A model generated the notes under the pieces. That model made no database searches, was not told where the DNA came from, and was given only the letters and a program-made list of their open reading frames with translations. 64,000 nt of DNA. Source: Flavobacteriaceae bacterium. GTDB lineage: Bacteria > Bacteroidota > Bacteroidia > Flavobacteriales > Flavobacteriaceae. Shown here in pieces: positions 56,417-64,000 of the stretch (position 1 is its first letter; each line of letters begins with the position of its first letter). The translations under genes were made by a program, and so were the position numbers. The DNA lies in assembly GCA_002691645.1 (NCBI GenBank), contig NZIP01000019.1, forward strand, positions 24,615 through 88,614. Reading direction: 5' to 3'.

Positions 56417-58294
56417 TTAAGCGTCACTTGAATCTTCAGGTGGTTGTTGATCTTCTTGCGCTTTAGATATTTTATTAATCAATATGTTGAGTTGTTTAGA
56501 TTTTTCATTCCATCCTTGGATAACTTCATTATGATTTTTTATATCATTTAAAACATTTACTACAAGTGGATTATCATCTTTTGCGTTAGCGAAAAACTGC
56601 AAATTATTTTCCAATTGACGAGTTTGATCTTTGAGTTCATTGACTTTCTCTCTTATACGCATTCGTTCTTTTTGAATACTGTTTACATCTTCATGCTGGG
56701 TTAACAATTCAAATTTCTGATCAAAAGACAGGAATTCTGCCTGTTCAGAGGTCAGTCCCATTTTTGCATAACATTTCTCAATCAACTGTTGATAGTTTGA
56801 AAGCTGCTTCATTTTTTGACGAGGGACAAAACCAATAGAATCCCACTTCATTATTAATGAATTAACAAACTTTAAATTCTCTTTTTCTTCTTTACCTGGC
56901 GCAAATTTCTTTAACTCTTCTAGTATGTTCTTTTTCGCTTTGAAGTTTTTGTCTTCCTCTCTTTGAACTTGATTTTTTTCTTTGTTGATTCGATCAAAGT
57001 AATGATTACAAGCTGTTTTGAATTCTTGCCATAAAGTTTCGGATTTATTTCTTGGTATATGACCTATTTTTTTCCAATCATTCTGAATCTTGATCATTTC
57101 TGGAGTAACAGTTTTAAAATCATCACTGTCTTTTAAGGCATTTGCCTTTTCTACAAGTTCTTTTTTTAGTTTTAAATTTTCTTGTTGATTCTTTTTTTGA
57201 ATTTTATAGAATTGATTCTTTTTGGAATTGAAATCTTTAGTTAAACTTTTTAGTCGATTTATAATTTCTTTCTGACTTTTATTTGGTACTCTACCTATTT
57301 TATAAAACTGATCTCGCAATTGTTCAAACTCTTTTATTTGATTCTGAACCTTATTGTGATTATTGGCCAGATTACTCACCAAATGAGTAATCTGGTCTAA
57401 GATTTTATTTTTTTGAGTTAAATTTTCTTCGAATTCTAAATCAAGAACCTTTTGAAACTCTTGTTTTTTATTGTGCATTACCTTGGTGGCTGCACTAAAT
57501 CGCCCCCAGATTTCTTCTCTTTGTTCTTTGGCTACTGGTCCTAAGTCTTCCTTCCAAATTTTGTGCAGAATTTGCAATTCTGAATAAGCGCGTCTAAAAT
57601 CGACTTCTTCACTCAACTGCTCTGCTTTCTCTACAATTTTGAGTTTCTCTTGATAATTTTGTTTAAAGTCTTTATCTCTCAGTTCCTTATTCAAATAAAC
57701 AAAATCATAAAAACGTTCGACGTGATGATGATAGGTTTTCCAAAGGTCATCATTCATGTTTTTTGGAACAGGTCCTGTAGATTTCCATTGCTCTTGAAGT
57801 TCTTTAAAGTTTTTGAATGTAGAGTTTAGGTTTTCGTCTGCATCAATTAAAGCCTTAATTTGATTTATGATTTCTTTTTTAACAATTAAATTTTCTTCTA
57901 ATTGTTTTTCAAACTGACGATTATATATCCTTTTCTCATTTCTATATTTTTTGTGAAGCTTTTCAAATTCTTTTGATAACGGTGATTCGAATCTAAAGTT
58001 TGTTTCATCCTGTCCCTCAGAAATAAATTGTTCTAGCGCAATTTTTCGCTCTTTTCTCAATTCAAAGTCAAATGCATCCTTAATGTCTCTAACGTGTTTA
58101 GTTATCTTCTGAATTTCATAATTTTCGATAAGATATTGTAGCTTTTCGACTAGAGCTTCAAGGCTTAATGTGTTGTAATCGACTTCTTGCAGCTCCTCTG
58201 CTTGAGTTGTGGTGTCTTTACTATCGTTTTCTTGGACGTTTTCTGGAAGTAATTCTTGTGATTCAGCCGTTGATTGGGTTTCAGATGTATTCAT
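56417..58294 (-). CDS. DUF349 repeat protein
   Basis: 625 aa, acidic N-terminus, and repeated helical units of about 75 aa that each end ..W(K/E)xIGxVP (WKSTGPVP, WKEDLGPV, FYKIGRVP, WKKIGHIP, WDSIGFVP). Confidence 0.7.
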   Translation of the reverse strand: MNTSETQSTAESQELLPENVQENDSKDTTTQAEELQEVDYNTLSLEALVEKLQYLIENYEIQKITKHVRDIKDAFDFELRKERKIALEQFISEGQDETNFRFESPLSKEFEKLHKKYRNEKRIYNRQFEKQLEENLIVKKEIINQIKALIDADENLNSTFKNFKELQEQWKSTGPVPKNMNDDLWKTYHHHVERFYDFVYLNKELRDKDFKQNYQEKLKIVEKAEQLSEEVDFRRAYSELQILHKIWKEDLGPVAKEQREEIWGRFSAATKVMHNKKQEFQKVLDLEFEENLTQKNKILDQITHLVSNLANNHNKVQNQIKEFEQLRDQFYKIGRVPNKSQKEIINRLKSLTKDFNSKKNQFYKIQKKNQQENLKLKKELVEKANALKDSDDFKTVTPEMIKIQNDWKKIGHIPRNKSETLWQEFKTACNHYFDRINKEKNQVQREEDKNFKAKKNILEELKKFAPGKEEKENLKFVNSLIMKWDSIGFVPRQKMKQLSNYQQLIEKCYAKMGLTSEQAEFLSFDQKFELLTQHEDVNSIQKERMRIREKVNELKDQTRQLENNLQFFANAKDDNPLVVNVLNDIKNHNEVIQGWNEKSKQLNILINKISKAQEDQQPPEDSSDA

Positions 58295-58353
58295 CAGTAA
58301 TAGGTTCAGGTCTGGTGTTGTAATACTTTGGAAACAAAAATAATCAAAGTTAT

Positions 58354-59106
58354 TTATCTGTTGTTATTCCATATCTCCCATGACCTTTCAGCCTGTAAAA
58401 TCAGCATTTCATAGCCATTTTTAAATCGACCTCCTTTAGTTTTTCCTTCTTTTAAGAAGGAACTAAGTTCTGGGTTATAAACTAAATCATACAAATAGTG
58501 CTTATTAGAAATGGCGTGGTATGGAATAGGCGGTTTTAAACTAATATTAGGACTTGTTCCTAATGGTGTGCAGTTGATTATAATTTGAGTGTCTTTGATA
58601 TCCTCTTCGCTTAAGTTTTCATAAGTGATTACCCCGGTTTTGGATGTTCGAGAGACTTTTTTGTATTCGATTCCTAATTTATCTAAGCAATATCCTACTG
58701 CAAGTGAAGCTCCTCCAGTACCTAGAATTAGTGCCCTATGGTCGTTTTTAAACAGCTGTTTTTCTAGACTTTTTTGAAACCCGTATACATCTGTGTTGTA
58801 ACCTATTTTTCTGCCATTCTTGAAATCAATACAATTAACGGCTCCGATTTTCTGTGCTCCTTCATCTAATTCATCTAAAAAAGGTATTATTCGTTGTTTG
58901 TAAGGAACAGTTACATTACAGCCTTTTAAATAAGTAGTATCAAATACTTTTGAGCAGGAAGAGACTTCATTGATATCAAAGTTTACATATTGATGGCCAG
59001 AAAGTCCCTCTTTTTTAAATCGCTGATTGAAATAATTTCTTGAAAACGAATATTCAATATTTCTTCCGATTAATCCGTAAACTGATTTTTCTTTTAATGC
59101 CTGCAT
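58354..59106 (-). CDS. aroE: shikimate dehydrogenase
   Basis: YGLIGRNIEYSFS, NVTVPYK, GTGGAS Rossmann loop. 250 aa. Confidence 0.85.
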   Translation of the reverse strand: MQALKEKSVYGLIGRNIEYSFSRNYFNQRFKKEGLSGHQYVNFDINEVSSCSKVFDTTYLKGCNVTVPYKQRIIPFLDELDEGAQKIGAVNCIDFKNGRKIGYNTDVYGFQKSLEKQLFKNDHRALILGTGGASLAVGYCLDKLGIEYKKVSRTSKTGVITYENLSEEDIKDTQIIINCTPLGTSPNISLKPPIPYHAISNKHYLYDLVYNPELSSFLKEGKTKGGRFKNGYEMLILQAERSWEIWNNNR

Positions 59107-60094
59107 TTTTCTCTAAAATTAAAACGATTGAAATTCCTAGGAAAATAGTGAAGATAGCTGTCCAATTCTCACTGAGATTTAAATTTGGTAAGTAATCTAG
59201 GTAATTCGAAACAATGAGATGTTGGTCAGAATCCATGGCAAAACGGTTCTCTTTTAATTGGAAAATTTCAATTTTCCAAGGCCAAAGCATCTGGAGTGAT
59301 CCAATAATAAATCCAAGTATCAGCAGTTCCGTTTGATTTTGATATCGCTTGTAAATGAACTTTATCATATGTGAAAAGGCTACCAAACCTGTAACACTAC
59401 CCATCAAAAAAACCAATAGAACAGTGTTTGTAGATCTAATTTTGTCATCTGTCCATAGGATGTTTATGTCTCCTTGTAATACAATTTTAAGAGCCTCAAA
59501 TAGTATATTCACTGAGTCTACTAATAATAACACATAATTACCCATGAGGATAAGCAGAAAAGATCCAGATAGGCCTGGAAGAGTCATTCCTGAAACACTT
59601 ACAATCCCACAAAGGAATATATACCATAGATTGTCATTTTGACTTGCTTGAGTAAGGTTGACAAGCACATAACCTATGCATAACCCCAAGAGCAATAGTA
59701 AAAAGGCGTTGATGTTAGGATACTTAATTTGTTTTGAGATGTGATAAATAGACCCTAAAACAAGACCAAAGAATAAACTCCATACATGCAATTCATAAAA
59801 GTTTAAGAGGTAGTCTAAAATTTTAGCCAGACTAAAATAACTTACCAATACACCTAGGAACAAAAAAAACAAAAAATGAAGTTGAACATAGTTAAAAAAA
59901 CTTCGAAATCGACCTCTAAAAAGTAGGCTAAAACTCTTGATGTTTAAGCGGCTCAATGAGAGAATAAATTTTTCGTAAAATCCAAGAACGAAGGCCACTA
60001 AGCCTCCTGATACTCCTGGGATTTTATTTGCAATGCCCATAATCATTCCATGAATGAATACGGTTAAAAAATTGTCTTCTGCTCTTTGTTGCAT
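59054..60094 (-). CDS. DUF368-family membrane protein (undecaprenyl-phosphate translocase PopT family), copy 2
   Basis: Has IPGVSGG and LPGLSGSFLLILMG motifs and a 346-aa polytopic layout. Its 3' end overlaps the aroE start by 53 nt. Confidence 0.7.
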   Translation of the reverse strand: MQQRAEDNFLTVFIHGMIMGIANKIPGVSGGLVAFVLGFYEKFILSLSRLNIKSFSLLFRGRFRSFFNYVQLHFLFFLFLGVLVSYFSLAKILDYLLNFYELHVWSLFFGLVLGSIYHISKQIKYPNINAFLLLLLGLCIGYVLVNLTQASQNDNLWYIFLCGIVSVSGMTLPGLSGSFLLILMGNYVLLLVDSVNILFEALKIVLQGDINILWTDDKIRSTNTVLLVFLMGSVTGLVAFSHMIKFIYKRYQNQTELLILGFIIGSLQMLWPWKIEIFQLKENRFAMDSDQHLIVSNYLDYLPNLNLSENWTAIFTIFLGISIVLILEKNAGIKRKISLRINRKKY

Positions 60095-60099
60095 CCCCT

Positions 60100-60978
60100 T
60101 TAAACTTTGTTCATGGTAGATCTTCCGATTCGTTCAACCAAAATCACAGCTAAAAAACCAACAAGGCAAAAACCGATTGCATATTCTAAGTCTTGCATTT
60201 GCTCAAAGTTGTAAATGTTTTGTTGATTTAAATCTTTCCAAGGCCAAATCTTCACTAAAGAACCAATAATAAACCCTAACATTATAGCCATTGTTTGAGC
60301 TCTAAATTTTCGGAATAAAAATTTTAAAATTCGAGCAAAGCTCAAAATTCCAAAAATACATCCGAAGGCAACTACTAGGATAACCTCAAAATCTCGCTGA
60401 TCAACAGCATTTAAGACACTTTCGTAACTGCCTAGAATAATCAAAATAAACGAGCCTGATATACCTGGAAGAATCATCGCGCAGATTGCTATCGCCCCTG
60501 AAAAAAACAGATACATAAGAGAGTTGCTTTCCTCAGCAGGAGTAAATTGAGTAATGAAATAAGCCAAAATTACTCCTATAAGAAGTAGTGAAATTGTACT
60601 CCAATCCCATTTTTTAATTTCTTTTGAAACTACCGAAGTTGAGGCGATAACTAATCCAAAAAAGAAAGACCAAGTGCTAACAGCTTGTTCACTCAACAAG
60701 TAACTAAGAACTTTTGAAATGCTAAAGATGCTCGTTAGAACTCCAGCTATAAGGGCTACCAAAAAAGGTCCATTTACTTTTTTAAAAACAGCTATTGTTC
60801 CAGAGGACTTCCACACTTGGATTAATCCAAATGAAAAGGAATTAATCGAATTGATCAAGGTTTCATAGATGCCAGTGATAAGAGCAATTGTGCCGCCAGA
60901 GACCCCGGGTACAACGTCTGCTGCTCCCATTAAAAGTCCTTTTAAATAGGTAAAGATTAGTTTTTTGTCAATTTTCAT
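60100..60978 (-). CDS. DUF368-family membrane protein (PopT family), copy 1
   Basis: Has VPGVSGGTIALITG and LPGISGSFILIILG motifs. 292 aa, lying 5 nt upstream of copy 2. Confidence 0.7.
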   Translation of the reverse strand: MKIDKKLIFTYLKGLLMGAADVVPGVSGGTIALITGIYETLINSINSFSFGLIQVWKSSGTIAVFKKVNGPFLVALIAGVLTSIFSISKVLSYLLSEQAVSTWSFFFGLVIASTSVVSKEIKKWDWSTISLLLIGVILAYFITQFTPAEESNSLMYLFFSGAIAICAMILPGISGSFILIILGSYESVLNAVDQRDFEVILVVAFGCIFGILSFARILKFLFRKFRAQTMAIMLGFIIGSLVKIWPWKDLNQQNIYNFEQMQDLEYAIGFCLVGFLAVILVERIGRSTMNKV

Positions 60979-61010
60979 AACCTCAATTCAATGAGGTAAA
61001 GATACTATAA

Positions 61011-62411
61011 CTATTGATGGCTATTATCGAATGGAATGAAATAGGGTTGTGCCCAAGCGTTATTTAAAATTTCGGGAAAATACTCTAATACGATTGATTT
61101 CTTCTGGGGGTCAGTATTCCAAGCCTTCTCAAATGTATGTTTTGATTTAGTCATATGCCCTGTCTTACTTAGTACTCCAGCCTGTAAATAGGTAAAATCT
61201 ACTTCGTTAGGGTATAAATCAATGGCCCTCTCAAGTACGCTTATAAGTTCGTAATAATCTTTTAAATGTAATAGGACTAATATCCAATTGAACCAATTTT
61301 CCTTGTTCAAGTCTCCTAAATCTATACACCTTCTAAATGCGAAATCGGCCTGATGCCAATCTTTGTTTTCGATATAAATTACTGCGGCATTCTTCCAATA
61401 CTCAGGATTGTTATTATCAATGTTTAGAGCCTTATGGATATATTCTTCGGCCTTGACAAGATTTTTTTGTTCAAAATATAATTGTGTTAAGGCGATCCAC
61501 CCTTTGTCTAGCAACGGATCTTCGTGAATGGTTTTGTAATAATATTGTTTTGCTAAAACAAGGTTGTTCAGTTTTTGGTGACATTGTCCCATACGCAAGT
61601 AAGCGAATGCTGTGGGTTGATCAATTTCGAGTGTGGTTTCGTAGCAAATTATGGCCTCATTGTACTTGTGTAGTTTTTCAAGCACTCTGCCTTTTTCAAA
61701 ATAAGCACCCACGAATCGATCGTCAGAAATAATTGCAAAATCAAAGGCCACTAGGGCTTCTTTGAGCATAGAGGTGTCTAGGTACATTTTACCCAGCTGA
61801 TGCCAGGCAACTTCACAATAAGGATTTTGTTCCACAAATTCATTTAAAAATCGAATCGCTCCTTTTTGGTCGTTTAAAAATTCAAAACAGTATACCAAGT
61901 TGTATAGGGAACCGTAATCAGTCGGATCGATTTCGACACATTTTAAAAAGTGAATTTTTGCGTGATAGTAATCGTCAATGAATAAATACTCCATTCCAAT
62001 TAGTGCATGTATGTCGAAATTATTATCGTCTATTTGGAGTGCTTTTTCTAAGAGTTTAACAGCCTCTTCGTGTTGATCCTGTTTGGAACAAATATTTGCT
62101 TTTTGAATATATAAATCCTCGTTCAAAGGTTCTAATGATTCTAATTCCTCTAATAATTGGAGTGCCTTTTCAAATTCATCCTCAAAAACGTGTAACTCAA
62201 CTTGGAGCAGTTTAAGTTCTATAGAATGAGGGTGTTGTTCGAGGCCTAACTTAACAGCTTTTTTGGAGAGTAAAATTTTGCCATTATTTAAATAGTGGTG
62301 AACAATGTCTTCAAAATCCTCCGCGTCAAAAAAATAAACGTCATCCGTTTTGAGCATGGATTCGAATTTATGAATCGTATTTTGAGGTGATTTATTTGAC
62401 TCAGAATGCAT
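61011..62411 (-). CDS. tetratricopeptide repeat protein
   Basis: 466 aa, with recurring 34-aa TPR pattern (A..YY..A......P....A...LG) throughout. Confidence 0.7.
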   Translation of the reverse strand: MHSESNKSPQNTIHKFESMLKTDDVYFFDAEDFEDIVHHYLNNGKILLSKKAVKLGLEQHPHSIELKLLQVELHVFEDEFEKALQLLEELESLEPLNEDLYIQKANICSKQDQHEEAVKLLEKALQIDDNNFDIHALIGMEYLFIDDYYHAKIHFLKCVEIDPTDYGSLYNLVYCFEFLNDQKGAIRFLNEFVEQNPYCEVAWHQLGKMYLDTSMLKEALVAFDFAIISDDRFVGAYFEKGRVLEKLHKYNEAIICYETTLEIDQPTAFAYLRMGQCHQKLNNLVLAKQYYYKTIHEDPLLDKGWIALTQLYFEQKNLVKAEEYIHKALNIDNNNPEYWKNAAVIYIENKDWHQADFAFRRCIDLGDLNKENWFNWILVLLHLKDYYELISVLERAIDLYPNEVDFTYLQAGVLSKTGHMTKSKHTFEKAWNTDPQKKSIVLEYFPEILNNAWAQPYFIPFDNSHQ

Positions 62412-62503
62412 TAAGTAAAATTTATTCCTTCTCTATTGTTAGGTTTAAATTTAAACTATGTCATATCTGATATATTTTCGAACCCTCTTATGTTATTAAC
62501 ATT

Positions 62504-63694
62504 TTAGTCAACATTTGCTTGTAGCTCATCTAAAATGGAGATGATGATTTGACATCCTTTTTTAATTTCTTTTTCGGACACAGTTAGGGGAGGGGTTATT
62601 CTTACAGCTCGTTTTTCAAATAAAAGCCAAAACAGTATTAATTTTTGTTCTTTCGCCTTGATAACCAAATCATTAGCGACTGAATTGTTTTGCATAATAA
62701 GGGCCAACATTAAGCCCTTTCCTCTTATTTCTTCAATTAATGGATGTTTTAATTCAGTCCGAAAAAGCTGTTCCTTGTCCTTGACCTTAGCAGGGAGTTT
62801 TTTTCGGGTTATTTCATTTAAAGTGGCCAAAGCTGCATTTGCAATAAGAGGATTACCACCAAAAGTTGTTATATGTCCTAAAGGAATTTTTTGACTAAAA
62901 GTTTTCATAACCTCCTGACTGCTTGTAAGGGCTCCAGAAGGGAGTCCACCAGCCATTGCTTTACCAATAACTAAAATGTCCGGTTTTATATTGTAATGCT
63001 CGAATGCGAACCATTTTCCAGTTCTACCAAAACCTGGTTGAATTTCATCTAATATCAGCAGGGTATTGGTTTGTTTGCATCTAGTAGCGATTTTTTTTAG
63101 ATAATCAGGGTTTGGACAAATAAAACCTGCACCGCCTTGAATGGTTTCAAATACCACTGCAGCTGTTTTGTCGTCTATAGTCGAGATGTCTTCTTCGTTG
63201 TTAAATCGTATATGTGAGATGTCTGGAATTAGAGGCTCAAAAGGGGTCATTCGCTCCTTAAAACTCATCAAACTAAGACTTCCCATAGTATTACCGTGAT
63301 AGGCGTCTTGGGCTGCGATAATCTTGGTTCTCCCGGTATATGCCCTCGCTAACTTAATAGCTGCTTCGATAGCTTCTGTGCCAGAATTTACAAGATAAGT
63401 GCTGTTCAAAGGTTCAGGAAGCACTTCTGAAAGCTTTTTACAGTATTCAACAGCAGGACTGAGTGCGAACTCTCCATAGACCATAACGTGTAAATAGGAT
63501 CTTGCTTGTGACTTAATTGCACGAATAATTTTTCTGTTTGAATGGCCGAGAACGTTCGCTGAGACCCCGGCTACAAAATCCAAATACTTGTTTCCTTTAT
63601 TGTCGTAAATGTAACAACCCTTTGCCTTTTTAATTACAAGGCCTAAAGGATTTTCAGTGGTCTGTGCTTGATATTTTTTAAAGACCTCTAGCAT
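62504..63694 (-). CDS. class-III PLP-dependent aminotransferase (acetylornithine/ornithine aminotransferase family)
   Basis: NSGTEAIEAAIKLAR, LILDEIQPGFGRTGKWF, PLP-lysine context GKAMAGGLP, TFGGNP. Confidence 0.8.
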   Translation of the reverse strand: MLEVFKKYQAQTTENPLGLVIKKAKGCYIYDNKGNKYLDFVAGVSANVLGHSNRKIIRAIKSQARSYLHVMVYGEFALSPAVEYCKKLSEVLPEPLNSTYLVNSGTEAIEAAIKLARAYTGRTKIIAAQDAYHGNTMGSLSLMSFKERMTPFEPLIPDISHIRFNNEEDISTIDDKTAAVVFETIQGGAGFICPNPDYLKKIATRCKQTNTLLILDEIQPGFGRTGKWFAFEHYNIKPDILVIGKAMAGGLPSGALTSSQEVMKTFSQKIPLGHITTFGGNPLIANAALATLNEITRKKLPAKVKDKEQLFRTELKHPLIEEIRGKGLMLALIMQNNSVANDLVIKAKEQKLILFWLLFEKRAVRITPPLTVSEKEIKKGCQIIISILDELQANVD

Positions 63695-64000
63695 TTAGTT
63701 CGCGGAATCAATAATTAAATCATCCAAACTGTAAATTCTTTCCTCTTCTCGCCAAATAAATCCTTCAAGCTTTTTCATTTCCTCAGGAAATTGTTCTATT
63801 GGATAGATTGTGCCATCAGTATTTACCCTGAATATGATGTCTGTGATATCACCATTTTCGAGCTGAAGCTCAATTTCACTACAAATTGTTTTGTTTACTC
63901 CGAATAATTCTTGATTCTCGTCGTACATGTAGTAAATCAATTCAGTGTTTTTGTGTAGCTTAATTTGATTTAGGGCGTTATCAATGAATTTGCCTCCTAA
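63695..64000 (-). CDS. 3' end of a larger gene running off the window (possibly an OstA/LptA-like envelope protein)
   Basis: The reading frame stays open from 63940 to the window edge (..LGGKFIDNALNQIKLHKNTE-LIYYMYDENQ..), so the ORF-track TTG start is an artefact. The functional guess comes only from remembered flavobacterial synteny. Confidence 0.3.
   Translation of the reverse strand, partial: LGGKFIDNALNQIKLHKNTELIYYMYDENQELFGVNKTICSEIELQLENGDITDIIFRVNTDGTIYPIEQFPEEMKKLEGFIWREEERIYSLDDLIIDSAN

Overview
This 64-kb window is compact, low-GC and about 95% coding. It looks like core chromosome of a Bacteroidota (Flavobacteriia-like) bacterium. Supporting signs are the absence of Shine-Dalgarno sequences, one perfect TTG-N19-TAnnTTTG promoter, and Bacteroidota-typical families (DUF5606, CCC-motif membrane protein, DUF349, DUF4105/Lnb-like, BshC). 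Most genes are housekeeping: guaA, pyrG, yidC, mnmA, secA, lptB, tatC, kdsD, recQ, zapA, rny, aroE, pssA, mazG and msrA. I found no rRNA, tRNA, CRISPR array, transposase, integrase or prophage genes, and no recognisable defence system. Five things deserve a second look. (1) An orphan 589-aa secreted protein (29562-31331) is built from about 23.5 curlin-like repeats arranged in basic, acidic and uncharged blocks, and no CsgB/E/F/G or T9SS sorting domain is nearby. (2) An 8-kb envelope-lipid modification supercluster (20539-28641) holds two ArnT-like GT-C transferases, a PAP2 phosphatase, an ArnC-like GT2, a UPF0104 flippase-like protein, a MATE transporter, mazG and a 75-aa acidic ORF. Its two operons are translationally coupled, converge, and overlap at their 3' ends. 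(3) A candidate structured RNA of about 160-170 nt with 6S-like long-range closing helices lies between zapA and rny (about 54665-54835). (4) An unannotated 43-aa membrane ORF lies at 40781-40912. (5) Several unusually long gene overlaps and directly abutting convergent stop codons show extreme compaction. All functional calls come from reading motifs in the translated ORFs. No database search was run.
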